DNA of 64,000 nt from Gemmatimonadaceae bacterium (GCA_045803545.1 JBJMOW010000004.1:896001-960000), one strand, 5' to 3'. Shown: positions 50,713 to 61,629, counted from the first letter of the stretch. Notes: generated by a model from the letters alone, not told the origin. Made by a program: numbers and translations.

Positions 50713-52565
50713 TAGTGGTGCTCCGGCTCGAGCGGGCTAAGCAGCCAGCTGTAAAGTGAGAGAATCATCGTCGCCGCGCCGACGGCGATGAGTGCCTTGG
50801 TCCAGATCAGTCCGCAGAACATCACCACCAATCCGAGAGCGACGAATAGCGGCTTGATGGTGCTGTAGGGAATGATGATGCCGAGCTCGTCGGCGGTCTT
50901 ACCCGTTTGCGAATTGATGCGCGCGCTCTCGTGGTCGGCTTCCTTGCCCTCCCACAACGGATAACGCGATGTCACGGTCGGGATCTTGGCGAAGTTATAC
51001 TCGGGTGGCGGACTGGGGATCGTCCACTCCAGAGTGCCGGCACCCCACGGGTTCGAGCCAGCGATCTCACCACTGCGGCGGCTCTTGAAGAAGTTGTAAA
51101 TGAAGAAGAGCATCGCGATCGGGAAAATCATCGCGCCCGCCGTCGACATCGCGTTGTACAGATCCCATCCCTGTCCGGAATCGTAGGTGTAGATGCGGCG
51201 TGGCATGCCGAGCATTCCCGAGAAATGCATCGGGAAGAAAGTGAGATTCATGGCGATGAACATCAGCCAGAAATGCCACTTGCCGAGCTTCTCGTCCATC
51301 AATCTTCCGGTGATCTTCGGGAAGTAGTGGTAGATGCCGGCGAAGATGCCCATAATCGAGCCGCCGAAGAGCACGTAATGGAAGTGCGCGACGATGAAGT
51401 AGGTGTCGGTCTGCTGCAGGTCGGCGGGCGGCGACGAGTGCATGATGCCGGAGATACCGCCAATCGTAAACAGTCCGACGAGTGCGATCGCGAAAAGCAT
51501 CGCTGTGTTGTAGCGATTTGAGCCCTGTGCCATCGTCGCGACCCAGTTGAAGATCTTTACGCCCGTCGGAATAGCGATCAGCATCGTCGCCAACCCGAAG
51601 AACGTATCGGCGATCGGACCCATACCTACCGCGAACATGTGATGCGCCCAGACTCCAAATCCCAACACGCCGATCAGGATGCCCGAATACACCATCACCG
51701 GATATCCGAATAGCGGCTTCTTCGCGTTGACCGGAATGACTTCCGAGACTAGTCCGAACGCCGGCAGAATCAGGATGTAGACCTCCGGGTGACCGAAGAT
51801 CCAGAACAGGTGCTGCCATAGCAGCGGATCGGCGCCGGCGCTGACCGTATTGTAGAAATTGGTGCCGAAGAATCGATCGAAGAGCAGGAAGACCAGCGCG
51901 ATGGTGATTACCGGGAACGCCAGCACCAGCAGCACCTGAACGACGAATGCCATCCATGTGAACATCGGCATCCGCATCAGCGACATGCCCGGCGCGCGGA
52001 GGTTGATGATCGTCGTCAGGAAGTTGAAAGCGGCCGCCAGCGACGAGATGCCGAGGATCTGCAGACCGATGACCCAGAAATCGATGTTGAGTCCGGGCGA
52101 ATACGCTTTCGTCGTCAGCGGAGCGTAGCCGAACCATCCGCCATTGGGCGCGACGGCAAAGAAGATCGGAATGGTGATGAAGAGTCCACCAAACAAATAG
52201 ACCCAGTAGCTGAACGCATTCAGTCGCGGGAAGGCGACATCGCGTGCACCGAGCTGTAGTGGAATCAGGAAGTTGAAGAACGCAGCCGAAAGTGGCATGA
52301 TCGCGAGGAAGATCATGGTCGTCCCGTGCATCGTGAAAAGCTGATTGTAGAACTCGGCGCTGACTAAATGCTGGTTCGGTGCACCAAGTTGCGCGCGGAT
52401 GACTACCGCTTCGATACCCCCGAAAACGAAGAAGCCAAGCGCGGTGTAGAGGTAGAGCACACCGATGCGCTTATGATCGACGGTGGTCAGCCAGGCCCAG
52501 AGCCCGTTGTGCTCACCAGGGTACTCAGCGGCGTGCGCCGGGGCGTGGATTGCAGTGGTTGCCAA
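50712..52565 (-). CDS. ctaD: Cytochrome c oxidase subunit I (A1 type)
   Basis: DHKRIG, GHPEVY, WAHHM, HFHY; TTG start. Confidence 0.97.
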   Translation of the reverse strand: MATTAIHAPAHAAEYPGEHNGLWAWLTTVDHKRIGVLYLYTALGFFVFGGIEAVVIRAQLGAPNQHLVSAEFYNQLFTMHGTTMIFLAIMPLSAAFFNFLIPLQLGARDVAFPRLNAFSYWVYLFGGLFITIPIFFAVAPNGGWFGYAPLTTKAYSPGLNIDFWVIGLQILGISSLAAAFNFLTTIINLRAPGMSLMRMPMFTWMAFVVQVLLVLAFPVITIALVFLLFDRFFGTNFYNTVSAGADPLLWQHLFWIFGHPEVYILILPAFGLVSEVIPVNAKKPLFGYPVMVYSGILIGVLGFGVWAHHMFAVGMGPIADTFFGLATMLIAIPTGVKIFNWVATMAQGSNRYNTAMLFAIALVGLFTIGGISGIMHSSPPADLQQTDTYFIVAHFHYVLFGGSIMGIFAGIYHYFPKITGRLMDEKLGKWHFWLMFIAMNLTFFPMHFSGMLGMPRRIYTYDSGQGWDLYNAMSTAGAMIFPIAMLFFIYNFFKSRRSGEIAGSNPWGAGTLEWTIPSPPPEYNFAKIPTVTSRYPLWEGKEADHESARINSQTGKTADELGIIIPYSTIKPLFVALGLVVMFCGLIWTKALIAVGAATMILSLYSWLLSPLEPEHH

Positions 52566-52578
52566 GACTGGTCTCCGA

Positions 52579-54015
52579 TTACTTCAGTGCAGTGAGATAA
52601 GCAACGATGTCGGCGATCTGTTGATCGGTGAGTCCACCGTTCGCCGAGGTCACTTTCGCTTTCAGAACAGGATCGTACTCGTCCATGCCGAGTGTCGGCA
52701 TCAGGACGTCGGGTTTCATCTTGCGCGCGTTCTTGATCCAGAGCGCGAGATAAGCCGCTGTGTTCGGATATCGGCCAGCGGCGATCGTGCTGCGCGATCC
52801 GACGTGCGTGAGGTTCGGTCCCGTCACGCCCATCGCCATTGGATTGCCGGCGATCGAGTGACAGCCGATGCACGCAGCACCGGAAAAGACCTGCTTGCCG
52901 CGTGCCGCATTACCCGTCAGACCGGCAGTGAAATTCAAATCGCCCGGCGGCGGCGCGTGCGGAATAGCGTAAGAGGGAATCTTGTCGCGCGGGAAGTAGT
53001 AGCCCGGCGCGAGCGCCGCCCCGCTCATCGAGACATTTTGCGCTACGCCCCGCGCCGTGGTCTGCGCACCCGGGTTTGCTTCCGGGTTCTGCGGACGCGG
53101 GATCGCCGGTTGGGTACCTCCGACTCCCTGAGTGCCCGAGCTCGTTTGTGCGACGCGCTGGGCTGCGGCTTGTGCTGCCGAAGTCGGTCCCTGCGTACCG
53201 CCCGGCGTCGTCACGATTGCGCCTTCGCGCGGCGGAGGAATCGGACCACCAGCGGGTGGCGTCGGACCAACGGCTCCAAACCGCGCCGGCATTTTTTGTC
53301 CGGCGACCCACGAGTCAAACTGCTGCTGGGTAACGGTAAATACCCGGAAGCGCATGTTGGCGTGCGACGATCCGCAGTACTCGACACAGAAACCGTTCCA
53401 GACATCACCGGCGATTGTGGTGTCCGGCGTATACCAGATGTAGTTGGTGCGGTTCGTGACGACATCGCGCTTGCCGCCCAGCTCCGGTGTCCAGAACGAG
53501 TGAATGACGTCGGCAGAGCGGAGGCGGAAATTCACCGTGCGTCCGACTGGCAGATAGATCTCGTTCGCCGTTGTGACACCGTACTCGGGATAACGGAATT
53601 CCCACCACCACTGGTGTCCGGTGACATCGATGTTCAGGGAGCCCGGCGCCGCCTGGGCTTGAGTGATGAAAATCGTCTTTACCGTCGGCACCGCGATGAA
53701 AACCAGAATCACCGCCGGGATCAGCGTCCAGGCAATTTCCAGTTTGGTGTTGCCATGGGTTTGCGGTGGTGTTGCCTGGTTCTCACGCCGACGGTAGCGG
53801 ATGACGACGTAGAGCAACGCTCCTTCGACGAGAACAAAGACGATGGTGCCGAGGAGAAGCAGTCGGTCCCACAGGAAATCGATTTCGCGTCCGAAATCGG
53901 AATGTGGGGTGAGGGTACTGTTGGGGTGTGCTTCGTTACAGGAGGCGGCTGCGACAGCTAACGCGGCGACCAGCGCGAACGACGCAAGCCGCCTCAGGCG
54001 GTCAGAACCTTTCAT
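52579..54015 (-). CDS. ctaC: Cytochrome c oxidase subunit II with fused cytochrome c (caa3)
   Basis: DVIHSF, CVEYCGSSHANM CuA site, CIGCH heme c; lipobox; start probably ATG 54015. Confidence 0.93.
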   Translation of the reverse strand: MKGSDRLRRLASFALVAALAVAAASCNEAHPNSTLTPHSDFGREIDFLWDRLLLLGTIVFVLVEGALLYVVIRYRRRENQATPPQTHGNTKLEIAWTLIPAVILVFIAVPTVKTIFITQAQAAPGSLNIDVTGHQWWWEFRYPEYGVTTANEIYLPVGRTVNFRLRSADVIHSFWTPELGGKRDVVTNRTNYIWYTPDTTIAGDVWNGFCVEYCGSSHANMRFRVFTVTQQQFDSWVAGQKMPARFGAVGPTPPAGGPIPPPREGAIVTTPGGTQGPTSAAQAAAQRVAQTSSGTQGVGGTQPAIPRPQNPEANPGAQTTARGVAQNVSMSGAALAPGYYFPRDKIPSYAIPHAPPPGDLNFTAGLTGNAARGKQVFSGAACIGCHSIAGNPMAMGVTGPNLTHVGSRSTIAAGRYPNTAAYLALWIKNARKMKPDVLMPTLGMDEYDPVLKAKVTSANGGLTDQQIADIVAYLTALK

Positions 54016-54061
54016 GGGGGACAAACTAATCCCGCAGTGAGTCTTGTGGGAGGGCAAAGAG

Positions 54062-54099
54062 GGATGAGGGATCGGCGGATGCGCTCGCCTCCCTCATCC
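54062..54099 (-). terminator. Hairpin directly after the aspA stop (weak terminator or processing site)
   Basis: ggatgaggga/tccctcatcc 10-bp stem; weak U tract. Confidence 0.5.
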
Positions 54100-55578
54100 T
54101 TATCCCTCTTCCCGCTTCTCCCCTAACATCATCTCCGGATTCAACAAACGGTCGAGCTGTTCACGCGTCATCAATCCGCGCTCGCAGACCAGATCGTACA
54201 CATCGCGCCCCGTCTCCAGCGCTTCTTTCGCAATGTCCGTAGTCGTCTCGTAACCGAGTGCGGGCACCAGAGCGGTGATGACGCCGACCGAATCCTCGAC
54301 GAACTTCTGCATCCGTTCTTTATTCGCTGTAATCCCTTCGATACAGCGGTCCTGCAGAATCTTGCACGCGCGCTGCAGGTAGGTCATTCCACTCAGTAAT
54401 CGAAACGCGATGATCGGCTCGAATGCGTTCAGCTGCAGCTGGCCGGCCTCGGCGGCCATGGTGACGGTTACGTCCCCACCGATGATGTCGAAGCAGACCT
54501 GATTGACTACTTCCGGAATCACCGGATTCACCTTGCCCGGCATCAGCGACGAGCCAGGCTGCATGGGCGGGAGATTTATCTCACCGAGTCCCGCGCGTGG
54601 TCCCGAGCTGAGTAGTCGGAGATCGTTGCAGATCTTGGAAAGCTTGACCGCGCACCGCTTGAGCACTCCGGACAGCTGCACAAAGGCGCCGGTGTCGGCC
54701 GTCGCTTCGACGAGATCGGGTGCGGTGATCAGCGAGAGTCCCGTCAGATGCTCCAGGTGTCGTCGCACCGTCTCTGCATAGCCTGACGGTGCAGTGATGC
54801 CGGTGCCGATCGCCGTCGCGCCCATGTTGATCTCGCGAATCAGTGCTTGCGCTTCACCCAATCGATCGACGTCCTCGAGGATCGTGTGGGCAAACGCGCT
54901 GAACTCCTGGCCGAGCGTCATCGGAACTGCATCCTGTAACTGGGTGCGGCCCATCTTGATGAAGCTGCTGAACTCTTCGCCCTTGTGCAGGAAGGCGGCA
55001 GCCAATGCGATCATCGCCAGCTGTAAATCGGAAATACTGGTATGAAGCGCCAGCTTTACCGCGGTCGGATAAACGTCGTTGGTTGACTGACTGAGATTGA
55101 GATGATTGTTGGGATGAACGACTTCGTAGTCACCCCGCTCTTTGCCGAGGATCTCGAGCGCGCGGTTAGCCATCACTTCGTTGACATTCATGTTGCTCGA
55201 AGTGCCGGCGCCCCCCTGAATCATGTCCACGCGGAAGTGGTCGTGATGCAGCCCTTCGCGAATCTCGGCGGCGGCCTGACAGATAGGGTCGACGATGTCG
55301 CGATGGAGCAGTCCCATCTCCAGGTTCGATAGAGCAGCCGCTTCCTTCACGGTCGCGAGCGCGGCGATCAGAGTGGGGAACTCGCGCAGCTCGATGCCGG
55401 AGATGCAGAAGTTCTCGATCGCGCGCAGCGTCTGGATTCCGTAGAGCGCATCGGCCGGCACATCGCGCTCTCCCAGCAGGTCGTGCTCGCGACGAGTCGG
55501 TCCTTTCAGATCGACTCGCGGGGCGTCTGCCGCTTCCAGACGCAGCACTCTCAAACGGGAGGGACGCGAGGACTTCAT
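54100..55578 (-). CDS. aspA: Aspartate ammonia-lyase
   Basis: YGIQT.RA.ENF, QGGAGTS, STNDVYPT, GSSLMPGKVNP. Confidence 0.93.
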   Translation of the reverse strand: MKSSRPSRLRVLRLEAADAPRVDLKGPTRREHDLLGERDVPADALYGIQTLRAIENFCISGIELREFPTLIAALATVKEAAALSNLEMGLLHRDIVDPICQAAAEIREGLHHDHFRVDMIQGGAGTSSNMNVNEVMANRALEILGKERGDYEVVHPNNHLNLSQSTNDVYPTAVKLALHTSISDLQLAMIALAAAFLHKGEEFSSFIKMGRTQLQDAVPMTLGQEFSAFAHTILEDVDRLGEAQALIREINMGATAIGTGITAPSGYAETVRRHLEHLTGLSLITAPDLVEATADTGAFVQLSGVLKRCAVKLSKICNDLRLLSSGPRAGLGEINLPPMQPGSSLMPGKVNPVIPEVVNQVCFDIIGGDVTVTMAAEAGQLQLNAFEPIIAFRLLSGMTYLQRACKILQDRCIEGITANKERMQKFVEDSVGVITALVPALGYETTTDIAKEALETGRDVYDLVCERGLMTREQLDRLLNPEMMLGEKREEG

Positions 55579-55699
55579 GCGTAGCGGGAAGCTATATAAG
55601 CGGAATACCTTAGTGAAGTCATTCGTCCATTGCGAGACGATTGCCTTGTGGCCGGGGATACGAGATCCGGGTCGACAAAGATCGAGGACTTTAGAAGCG

Positions 55700-55878
55700 A
55701 ACTACCTCGCTGGTAGCTGATAGCAGCTAGCTATTAGCTATTCGCTGCACGCGACGGGACAGATCGCGATAGAGTCAGAGGAAAGGCGTTCTGTTCGCAT
55801 TTATGCGATGAGATCGGTCCCGTTGGCAGCCAGCGATCAGCTATCAGCATGCTGCTATCAGCTACCAGCGAGGCAGTT
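55700..55878. repeat. About 180-nt inverted-repeat element with heptamer-periodic arms
   Basis: 55705-55727 is the exact reverse complement of 55851-55873 (23 bp); nested inner stems. Confidence 0.9.
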
Positions 55879-55889
55879 GCAATAACCCA

Positions 55890-57038
55890 TTGAACGAGGG
55901 TAAAGGCTTGTCGATTTCGCGACGCCATTTTGTCGGCCTGAGCGCAGCTGCCGCGGCTGCGCTCACCCTCGACCGTGAAGCAACCGCGGAAACACTCGAG
56001 CGATTCGAGAGTGGCGGCGGGTTTGCCGGGCCACCGATAGTAATCTCTTCCGCCAACGGCATCCGCGGCGTCGCGAAAGCGTACGACATGATCACACGCC
56101 AGAATGCCGACACGCTCGACGCCATCATTGCGGGCGTCAACATCACCGAGCTCGATCCGGACGACCAGTCGGTCGGACTTGGCGGTTTGCCCAACGAGGA
56201 CGGCGTGGTGCAGCTCGATGCGTCGTGCATGCACGGCCCGACCAGGCGAGCGGGCGCGGTCGGAGCCCTGGAGGACATCGCGACTGCGTCGAACGTCGCA
56301 AAAGCAGTGATGGACTACACCGATCACGTCATGCTCGTCGGCGCCGGGGCGAAGAAGTTCGCGCTGCAAATGGGATTCAAGGAGCAGAACCTCCTCACCG
56401 AGAAGAGCAGGCAGGACTGGCTGCGCTGGAAGCAGTGTCTCAATCCGAACGACAATTGGCTCGATGAGGGAGGCGGGAAGCGGGAGGTGGGAGGGGCGCA
56501 CAGCGAAACCGTCGCGTACGATCATCCGCTGCATGTGAAGTTCACGACTGGGACGATCAACATGAACGCGATCAACGCGCGCGGGGACATTTCCTCGGTG
56601 ACGACCACGAGCGGACGGTCGTGGAAAATTCCTGGCCGGGTCGGTGATTCGCCGATCGTCGGCGCGGGCCAGTACTGCGACAATACCGTCGGCGCGGCAG
56701 GATCGACGGGACGCGGTGAAGCAAACATCAAGGTTTGTGGCGCATTCCTCATCGTCGAGTTCATGCGCCAGGGACTTTCCCCGGAGCAGGCTTGCCTCCG
56801 CTGCGTCGATCGCGTCATTGCAATGACGGAGTCGCGGCTACTCGACAACGGTCGCCCGCTGTTCGATCTCGAGTTCTACGCAGTAGCGAAGGACGGTCGG
56901 TTTGGTGGCGCGTCAGCCTACGAAGGCGCGCACATGGCCGTCGCCGATGCGAGCGGCGCGCGACTGGTTCCGATTGCCTACAAGTTTCCGCGGGCTCAAC
57001 GCCCCCAGATGCCGGAGATCAGCTGTCGCCGAGCTTGA
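55890..57038 (+). CDS. N(4)-(beta-N-acetylglucosaminyl)-L-asparaginase family Ntn hydrolase, Tat-exported
   Basis: SRRHFV, SVGLGG.P, LDASCM, GT cleavage site, GRVGDSP. Confidence 0.9.
   Translation: MNEGKGLSISRRHFVGLSAAAAAALTLDREATAETLERFESGGGFAGPPIVISSANGIRGVAKAYDMITRQNADTLDAIIAGVNITELDPDDQSVGLGGLPNEDGVVQLDASCMHGPTRRAGAVGALEDIATASNVAKAVMDYTDHVMLVGAGAKKFALQMGFKEQNLLTEKSRQDWLRWKQCLNPNDNWLDEGGGKREVGGAHSETVAYDHPLHVKFTTGTINMNAINARGDISSVTTTSGRSWKIPGRVGDSPIVGAGQYCDNTVGAAGSTGRGEANIKVCGAFLIVEFMRQGLSPEQACLRCVDRVIAMTESRLLDNGRPLFDLEFYAVAKDGRFGGASAYEGAHMAVADASGARLVPIAYKFPRAQRPQMPEISCRRA
56466..56493. repeat. Four heptamers in the asparaginase alpha/beta linker
   Basis: gagggag gcgggaa gcgggag gtgggag, encoding [10 protein letters not shown]. 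Confidence 0.7.
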
Positions 57039-58434
57039 AGATTCCTACGAGGTCTGACAGACGCTCGGCGACATCGGTCAACGCATGCGCGGTGGCGGCG
57101 AGGTCCGACATCGCTTTACTCTGTTCTTCGTCGCTGACTGCGATTTGATGCATCGACCGGGAGAACGATCCCGAGCTTTGGGATAGCGTTGCCAGCTGCT
57201 GCGTCATCGCTGTGATCAGCTGATTCGATTCGCGCACTGCCTTGTCGACGCGTCCGCTCAAATCCTCTCCTTCGACCGCGCCCTCTTCGACTTTCGCCAG
57301 CGACTGACGCGCGGCGCGGGTCGCACCGAGTACCTGCTCAACCGTTGATACCGTTCGCGACGATGATTCGCGCGATTGGGCGACGCTGTCGAGCATCTGT
57401 TGCACCAGGGAGCTGGTGCGCTGCGCGGCGTCGGCGGAGCTGGTGGCGAGACGGCGAACTTCATTGGCGACGACGGCGAAACCGTGTCCGTGCTCGCCGG
57501 CGCGCGCGGCTTCCATCGCTGCGTTGAGCGCCAGCAGCTTCGACTGCTTGGCGATTTTCTGGACCAGCACGAGGAAAGTCCCGATCTCGTTAACCGCTGC
57601 CGACATCGCGTCGATACCTTCGGCGCCTTCCAGAGCATCGGACGCGAGCGACTGCAACGACGTTGCAGTGCGCTCCAGGCGCACGCGATTCTCTCTGGCC
57701 AGCTGCCGGAGCGCCTTGTCGCGGCGCAATCCCTCCTGCGCCGCTTCGCGAAGATGGCCGGAGATGTCCGTGAGCTTGGTGGCTTCGCTCGTCAACTCCT
57801 TGATCGCGCGTTCGCGCGCGACCGATTCGTGCTCGAGACTGTTGGTGAGGTTGGCCATCTCGCGCCCTTTAGCCGACGCGCTCACCGATGCCTTTGAGAT
57901 TTGCACGGCGAGGTCTGTATTGTCATTGGCCGACCGCTTGATACGCGCGGCAACGCCACGGAGCTCGCTCAGCATCGTCATCGTCGATCGAGTCAATCGA
58001 TCGACTGCTCGGTTCGAGATGCCCGGGTTGTAGATGCTCGACAAATCACCCTTGGCGATTGCTTCGTGGGTGCGCGCGAGATCTGCTGCGGGGCCGCTGA
58101 CGTGCTGTCTGACGAAAATCAGCGCCGCCGTTATGGTCGCGGCGAGGGCGACGACGATCCACAGAAATGCCATCGCCAGCGCGACGACGACGCCGTTTAC
58201 CGCAAACAACTCGGCCCGGACCGCAGCGGGAATCAGGTGATAGAGCTGCCATGAAATTGCGCCCAGCCCCGCGATGAACGCGGCACCGAAGCCAATGCTC
58301 GCGCGTAGAGCCCGTCGTTGCAGCGCGCTGAACACCGGCTTCAGGAAGCCCGATGATGGCGTGAAATCGGAACGAGGCCGACGAGGTGGCGTCGGAGGCG
58401 GACGATGTGCGACTGGGAGTGGCGTTGCGGTCAT
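57019..58434 (-). CDS. Methyl-accepting chemotaxis protein
   Basis: [31 protein letters not shown] tip; two TMs and HAMP. Confidence 0.93.
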   Translation of the reverse strand: MTATPLPVAHRPPPTPPRRPRSDFTPSSGFLKPVFSALQRRALRASIGFGAAFIAGLGAISWQLYHLIPAAVRAELFAVNGVVVALAMAFLWIVVALAATITAALIFVRQHVSGPAADLARTHEAIAKGDLSSIYNPGISNRAVDRLTRSTMTMLSELRGVAARIKRSANDNTDLAVQISKASVSASAKGREMANLTNSLEHESVARERAIKELTSEATKLTDISGHLREAAQEGLRRDKALRQLARENRVRLERTATSLQSLASDALEGAEGIDAMSAAVNEIGTFLVLVQKIAKQSKLLALNAAMEAARAGEHGHGFAVVANEVRRLATSSADAAQRTSSLVQQMLDSVAQSRESSSRTVSTVEQVLGATRAARQSLAKVEEGAVEGEDLSGRVDKAVRESNQLITAMTQQLATLSQSSGSFSRSMHQIAVSDEEQSKAMSDLAATAHALTDVAERLSDLVGIFKLGDS

Positions 58435-58510
58435 CTACGGATCGATTTTGAGCACTCAGTCAGCCGCGCCACAGATGAAAGTGTGTCGCTTAGCCGCTAC
58501 TTTGGTACGA

Positions 58511-60973
58511 ATGGACAACTCGGCAACACGCAACGATCCGCTGGCTCCGCCCGTGACGTACGACCCACAGGCAATCGAGCGTAAATGGCAGCGCATCTGG
58601 CAGGAGCGTGGCACCAACCACACCGACCTGCAGCGCGCTCAACGGCCGTTCTATGCACTGATGATGTTCCCCTATCCGTCGGCGGAGGGACTCCACGTCG
58701 GGAATCTCTTCGCGTTCACGGGGAACGACATTTATGGACGATTCCAGCGGCTTCAGGGACACAACGTCTTCGAGCCGCTCGGCTATGACGCATTCGGGAT
58801 TCATTCGGAGAACTACGCGCTCAAAGTTGGCGTGCATCCGATGGATCTGATCCCCCGCAACATCGCCAACTTCCGGCGACAGCTTGAAAGCGCCGGCCTG
58901 ATGGTGGACTGGCGCTATACCCTGGCCACCACCGATCCGAATTACTACAAATGGACCCAGTGGCTTTTCCTGCAGCTGTTCGACAAGGGCCTCGCCTACA
59001 GAAAGAAAGCGGCGGTCAACTGGTGCCCGAGCTGCAAGACGGTGCTGGCGAACGAGCAGGTCGTCTCGGGCGGATTCTGCGAGCGCTGTGGCACGGAGGT
59101 CGAGCAGCGTCTGCTCGAGCAGTGGTTCTTCCGCATCAGCGATTACACCCCGCGGCTGCTTGGCAATCTCGACCATATCGACTGGTCCGAAACAACCAAG
59201 ACGGCGCAGCGGAACTGGATCGGCAAATCGGAAGGCGCCGAGTTGGACTTCGCGACCAGGAGGGTAAGCGGCGAGGAGTGCCTGATCCGGGTCTTCACAA
59301 CGCGCCCGGACACGATCTTCGGCGCCACCTACATGGTGCTGGCGCCCGAGCACCCGCTGGTGGAATCACTGACCAGTCCGGCCGAAAAAAAGAAGGTCGC
59401 CGATTACCTGGAGAGAACCAAAAAACAGGATCTGGTGTCTCGGAAGACGAGCACCGACAAGACGGGGGCGTTCACGGGTGCGTACGCCCTCAATCCAGCC
59501 ACGGGGAAGGAAATTCCGATCTGGATCTCCGACTACGTGTTGATGGAGTACGGGACCGGCGCGATCATGGGCGTCCCGGGTCACGATGAGCGCGACTTCG
59601 AGTTTGCAAAGAAATTCGACCTGCCGATCGTGCGCGTCGTTTGCGGCGAGCGGGAAGATGCGAACACCCCCCTGCATGAAGCGTTCGTCGAATGTGAGTC
59701 AGGGACACTGGTGAATTCCGGCATGTTCGATGGCTTTCGGGTCGAAGCGGCCAAAAAGGCGATCGTCGACTATCTGGCCAAGACCGGAGCGGCGAAGCCG
59801 ATCGTGAATTACAGGCTGCACGACTGGTGTATCTCCCGCCAGCGCTACTGGGGGCCGCCGATTCCTATCATTTACTGCGACGACTGTGGAATCGTGCCGG
59901 TGCCGGAGAAGGATCTGCCGGTCCTGCTGCCGTTCATCGAGGACTTCAAGCCCGACGATTCGGGCGTGTCGCCGCTGGCCCGTCACGAGGAATGGTATCG
60001 GGTCGCCTGCCCGAAGTGTGGCAGGACCGGGCGCCGCGAGACGGACGTCTCCGACAACTTCCTCGACAACTCGTGGTATTTCCTGCGCTATCCCAGTGTG
60101 GGCCGCGATGATGTTCCGTTTGAGGCCGGCGTTACAAAGAAGTGGCTGCCCGTCAACTCGTACATCGGAGGTAACGAGCATGCCGTGCTCCACCTCCTCT
60201 ACTCGCGTTTCCTCACGATGGTTCTGCACGACATGGGCTATCTGGAATTCGAGGAGCCATTCACGCGCTTCCGCGCGCATGGGCACATCATCCGCGAAGG
60301 CGCGAAGATGTCGAAGACGCAGGGCAACATCGTGAACCCCGACGAATACATCGAGGAGTGGGGCGCGGATGCATTCCGCACCTACCTGATGTTCCTCGGC
60401 CCGTACGAGCAGGGCGGCGATTTCCGAGATGCCAGCATCTCCGGCACCCGTCGTTTTCTGGATCGACTGTTCGCGTCCGCGCAGAGCATGACCGGCGACG
60501 GCGAGCCCGATCACGATGTGCTGCGCAAGCTCCATCAGACAATCCGGAAAGTTTCGGAAGACATCCCGCGTCTCAGCTACAACACCGCGATCGCGGCGAT
60601 GATGGAATACATGAACGTCCTCCGCAAAGGGGAGCGCACCCCGCACCGCGAAGAGGTTCTGCCGCTGTTTACGCTGGTCTCGCCATTCGCACCACACGTC
60701 GCCGAGGAGCTGTGGGAGCAGAACGGTGGCAAGGGCAGCATCTTCGACTCCGCGTGGCCGTCGTTCGACGCTGCCCTCGCCGCCGACGACATGATCGAGC
60801 TGGTGGTGCAGGTGAACGGCAAAGTACGCAGTCGCGTGATGGTGCAGCGCGACATCGACGAAAAAGAAGCGCTCGTCGCGGCGCTGGAAGATCAGGCAGT
60901 CGCGAAGTTCGTCACCGGTGCGCCGAAGAAAGTCATCTTCGTGCCGGGGCGGCTCTTAAACGTGGTCGTCTAG
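58511..60973 (+). CDS. leuS: Leucine--tRNA ligase
   Basis: MFPYPS..LHVGN, FTTRPDT editing domain, DWCISRQRYWG, KMSKT, VQVNGK; ATG at 58511. Confidence 0.96.
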   Translation: MDNSATRNDPLAPPVTYDPQAIERKWQRIWQERGTNHTDLQRAQRPFYALMMFPYPSAEGLHVGNLFAFTGNDIYGRFQRLQGHNVFEPLGYDAFGIHSENYALKVGVHPMDLIPRNIANFRRQLESAGLMVDWRYTLATTDPNYYKWTQWLFLQLFDKGLAYRKKAAVNWCPSCKTVLANEQVVSGGFCERCGTEVEQRLLEQWFFRISDYTPRLLGNLDHIDWSETTKTAQRNWIGKSEGAELDFATRRVSGEECLIRVFTTRPDTIFGATYMVLAPEHPLVESLTSPAEKKKVADYLERTKKQDLVSRKTSTDKTGAFTGAYALNPATGKEIPIWISDYVLMEYGTGAIMGVPGHDERDFEFAKKFDLPIVRVVCGEREDANTPLHEAFVECESGTLVNSGMFDGFRVEAAKKAIVDYLAKTGAAKPIVNYRLHDWCISRQRYWGPPIPIIYCDDCGIVPVPEKDLPVLLPFIEDFKPDDSGVSPLARHEEWYRVACPKCGRTGRRETDVSDNFLDNSWYFLRYPSVGRDDVPFEAGVTKKWLPVNSYIGGNEHAVLHLLYSRFLTMVLHDMGYLEFEEPFTRFRAHGHIIREGAKMSKTQGNIVNPDEYIEEWGADAFRTYLMFLGPYEQGGDFRDASISGTRRFLDRLFASAQSMTGDGEPDHDVLRKLHQTIRKVSEDIPRLSYNTAIAAMMEYMNVLRKGERTPHREEVLPLFTLVSPFAPHVAEELWEQNGGKGSIFDSAWPSFDAALAADDMIELVVQVNGKVRSRVMVQRDIDEKEALVAALEDQAVAKFVTGAPKKVIFVPGRLLNVVV

Positions 60974-61626
60974 TCGGGAATCGTGAACTTCCCGGCGACG
61001 TGTGCCAGGGTGAGCGCGGCGAGAGTGTAACCATCGCGTATCTCGCAGCGCGAGATGCGCGTGCGTAGTTCTGGTGGAAAAATCTCGACGATTCTGCCGA
61101 ACGCTTCCTTATCTTCCGGATGATCGCGTGGCGGACCCGGCTCCAGGTCGGCCCAGAACACGGGCAGCGTGCTCGCCAGGATCGCTGTGTCGCCACTCAC
61201 TTCGCCGATCTGCTCGATGTTTCGGACTTTGAAGCCGAGCTCCTCGCTGATCTCCTTGAGTGCGGCGTCCGACGCGGACATGCCGGTTTCACGCTGACCG
61301 CGGGGTGTCTCGAGCTCCCAGCGACGTGTCGCGTGCCTGAAGGTTTCGCGCAGGAAGATATTGCCGTCACGTGAGCAGAGCGCGACGACACCCGACGGTC
61401 CATCGTGCATGGTGCAGCCGATGATGCGCATCGCGGTCCCGACTTCGCCGCTCGGATATCTCAGAGCATCGCGCACGAATATGTGGAGCTTGTCCTCGAG
61501 CAGTACGCCGGTCTTGGCGCGAATCTTCGGCGCTTCTCGTTTGTCGATGATCTGAATCTCATCGTCATTCGCGTCGCCGATGAAACGCGCCGATTCCGGC
61601 AGGCTCTGGATGTAACGCGGAGGCAT
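60970..61626 (-). CDS. NUDIX hydrolase (ADP-ribose pyrophosphatase-like)
   Basis: ETPRG...AALKEISEELG Nudix box variant. Confidence 0.82.
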   Translation of the reverse strand: MPPRYIQSLPESARFIGDANDDEIQIIDKREAPKIRAKTGVLLEDKLHIFVRDALRYPSGEVGTAMRIIGCTMHDGPSGVVALCSRDGNIFLRETFRHATRRWELETPRGQRETGMSASDAALKEISEELGFKVRNIEQIGEVSGDTAILASTLPVFWADLEPGPPRDHPEDKEAFGRIVEIFPPELRTRISRCEIRDGYTLAALTLAHVAGKFTIPD

Positions 61627-61629
61627 CGG

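Noticed and set aside
52483..53961. 492-aa + strand ORF opposite ctaC
   Set aside because: Arg-rich antisense shadow of a clear oxidase gene.
58274..58510. N-terminal extension of the leuS ORF
   Set aside because: Overlaps the divergent MCP gene; LeuRS-like sequence starts after ATG 58511.
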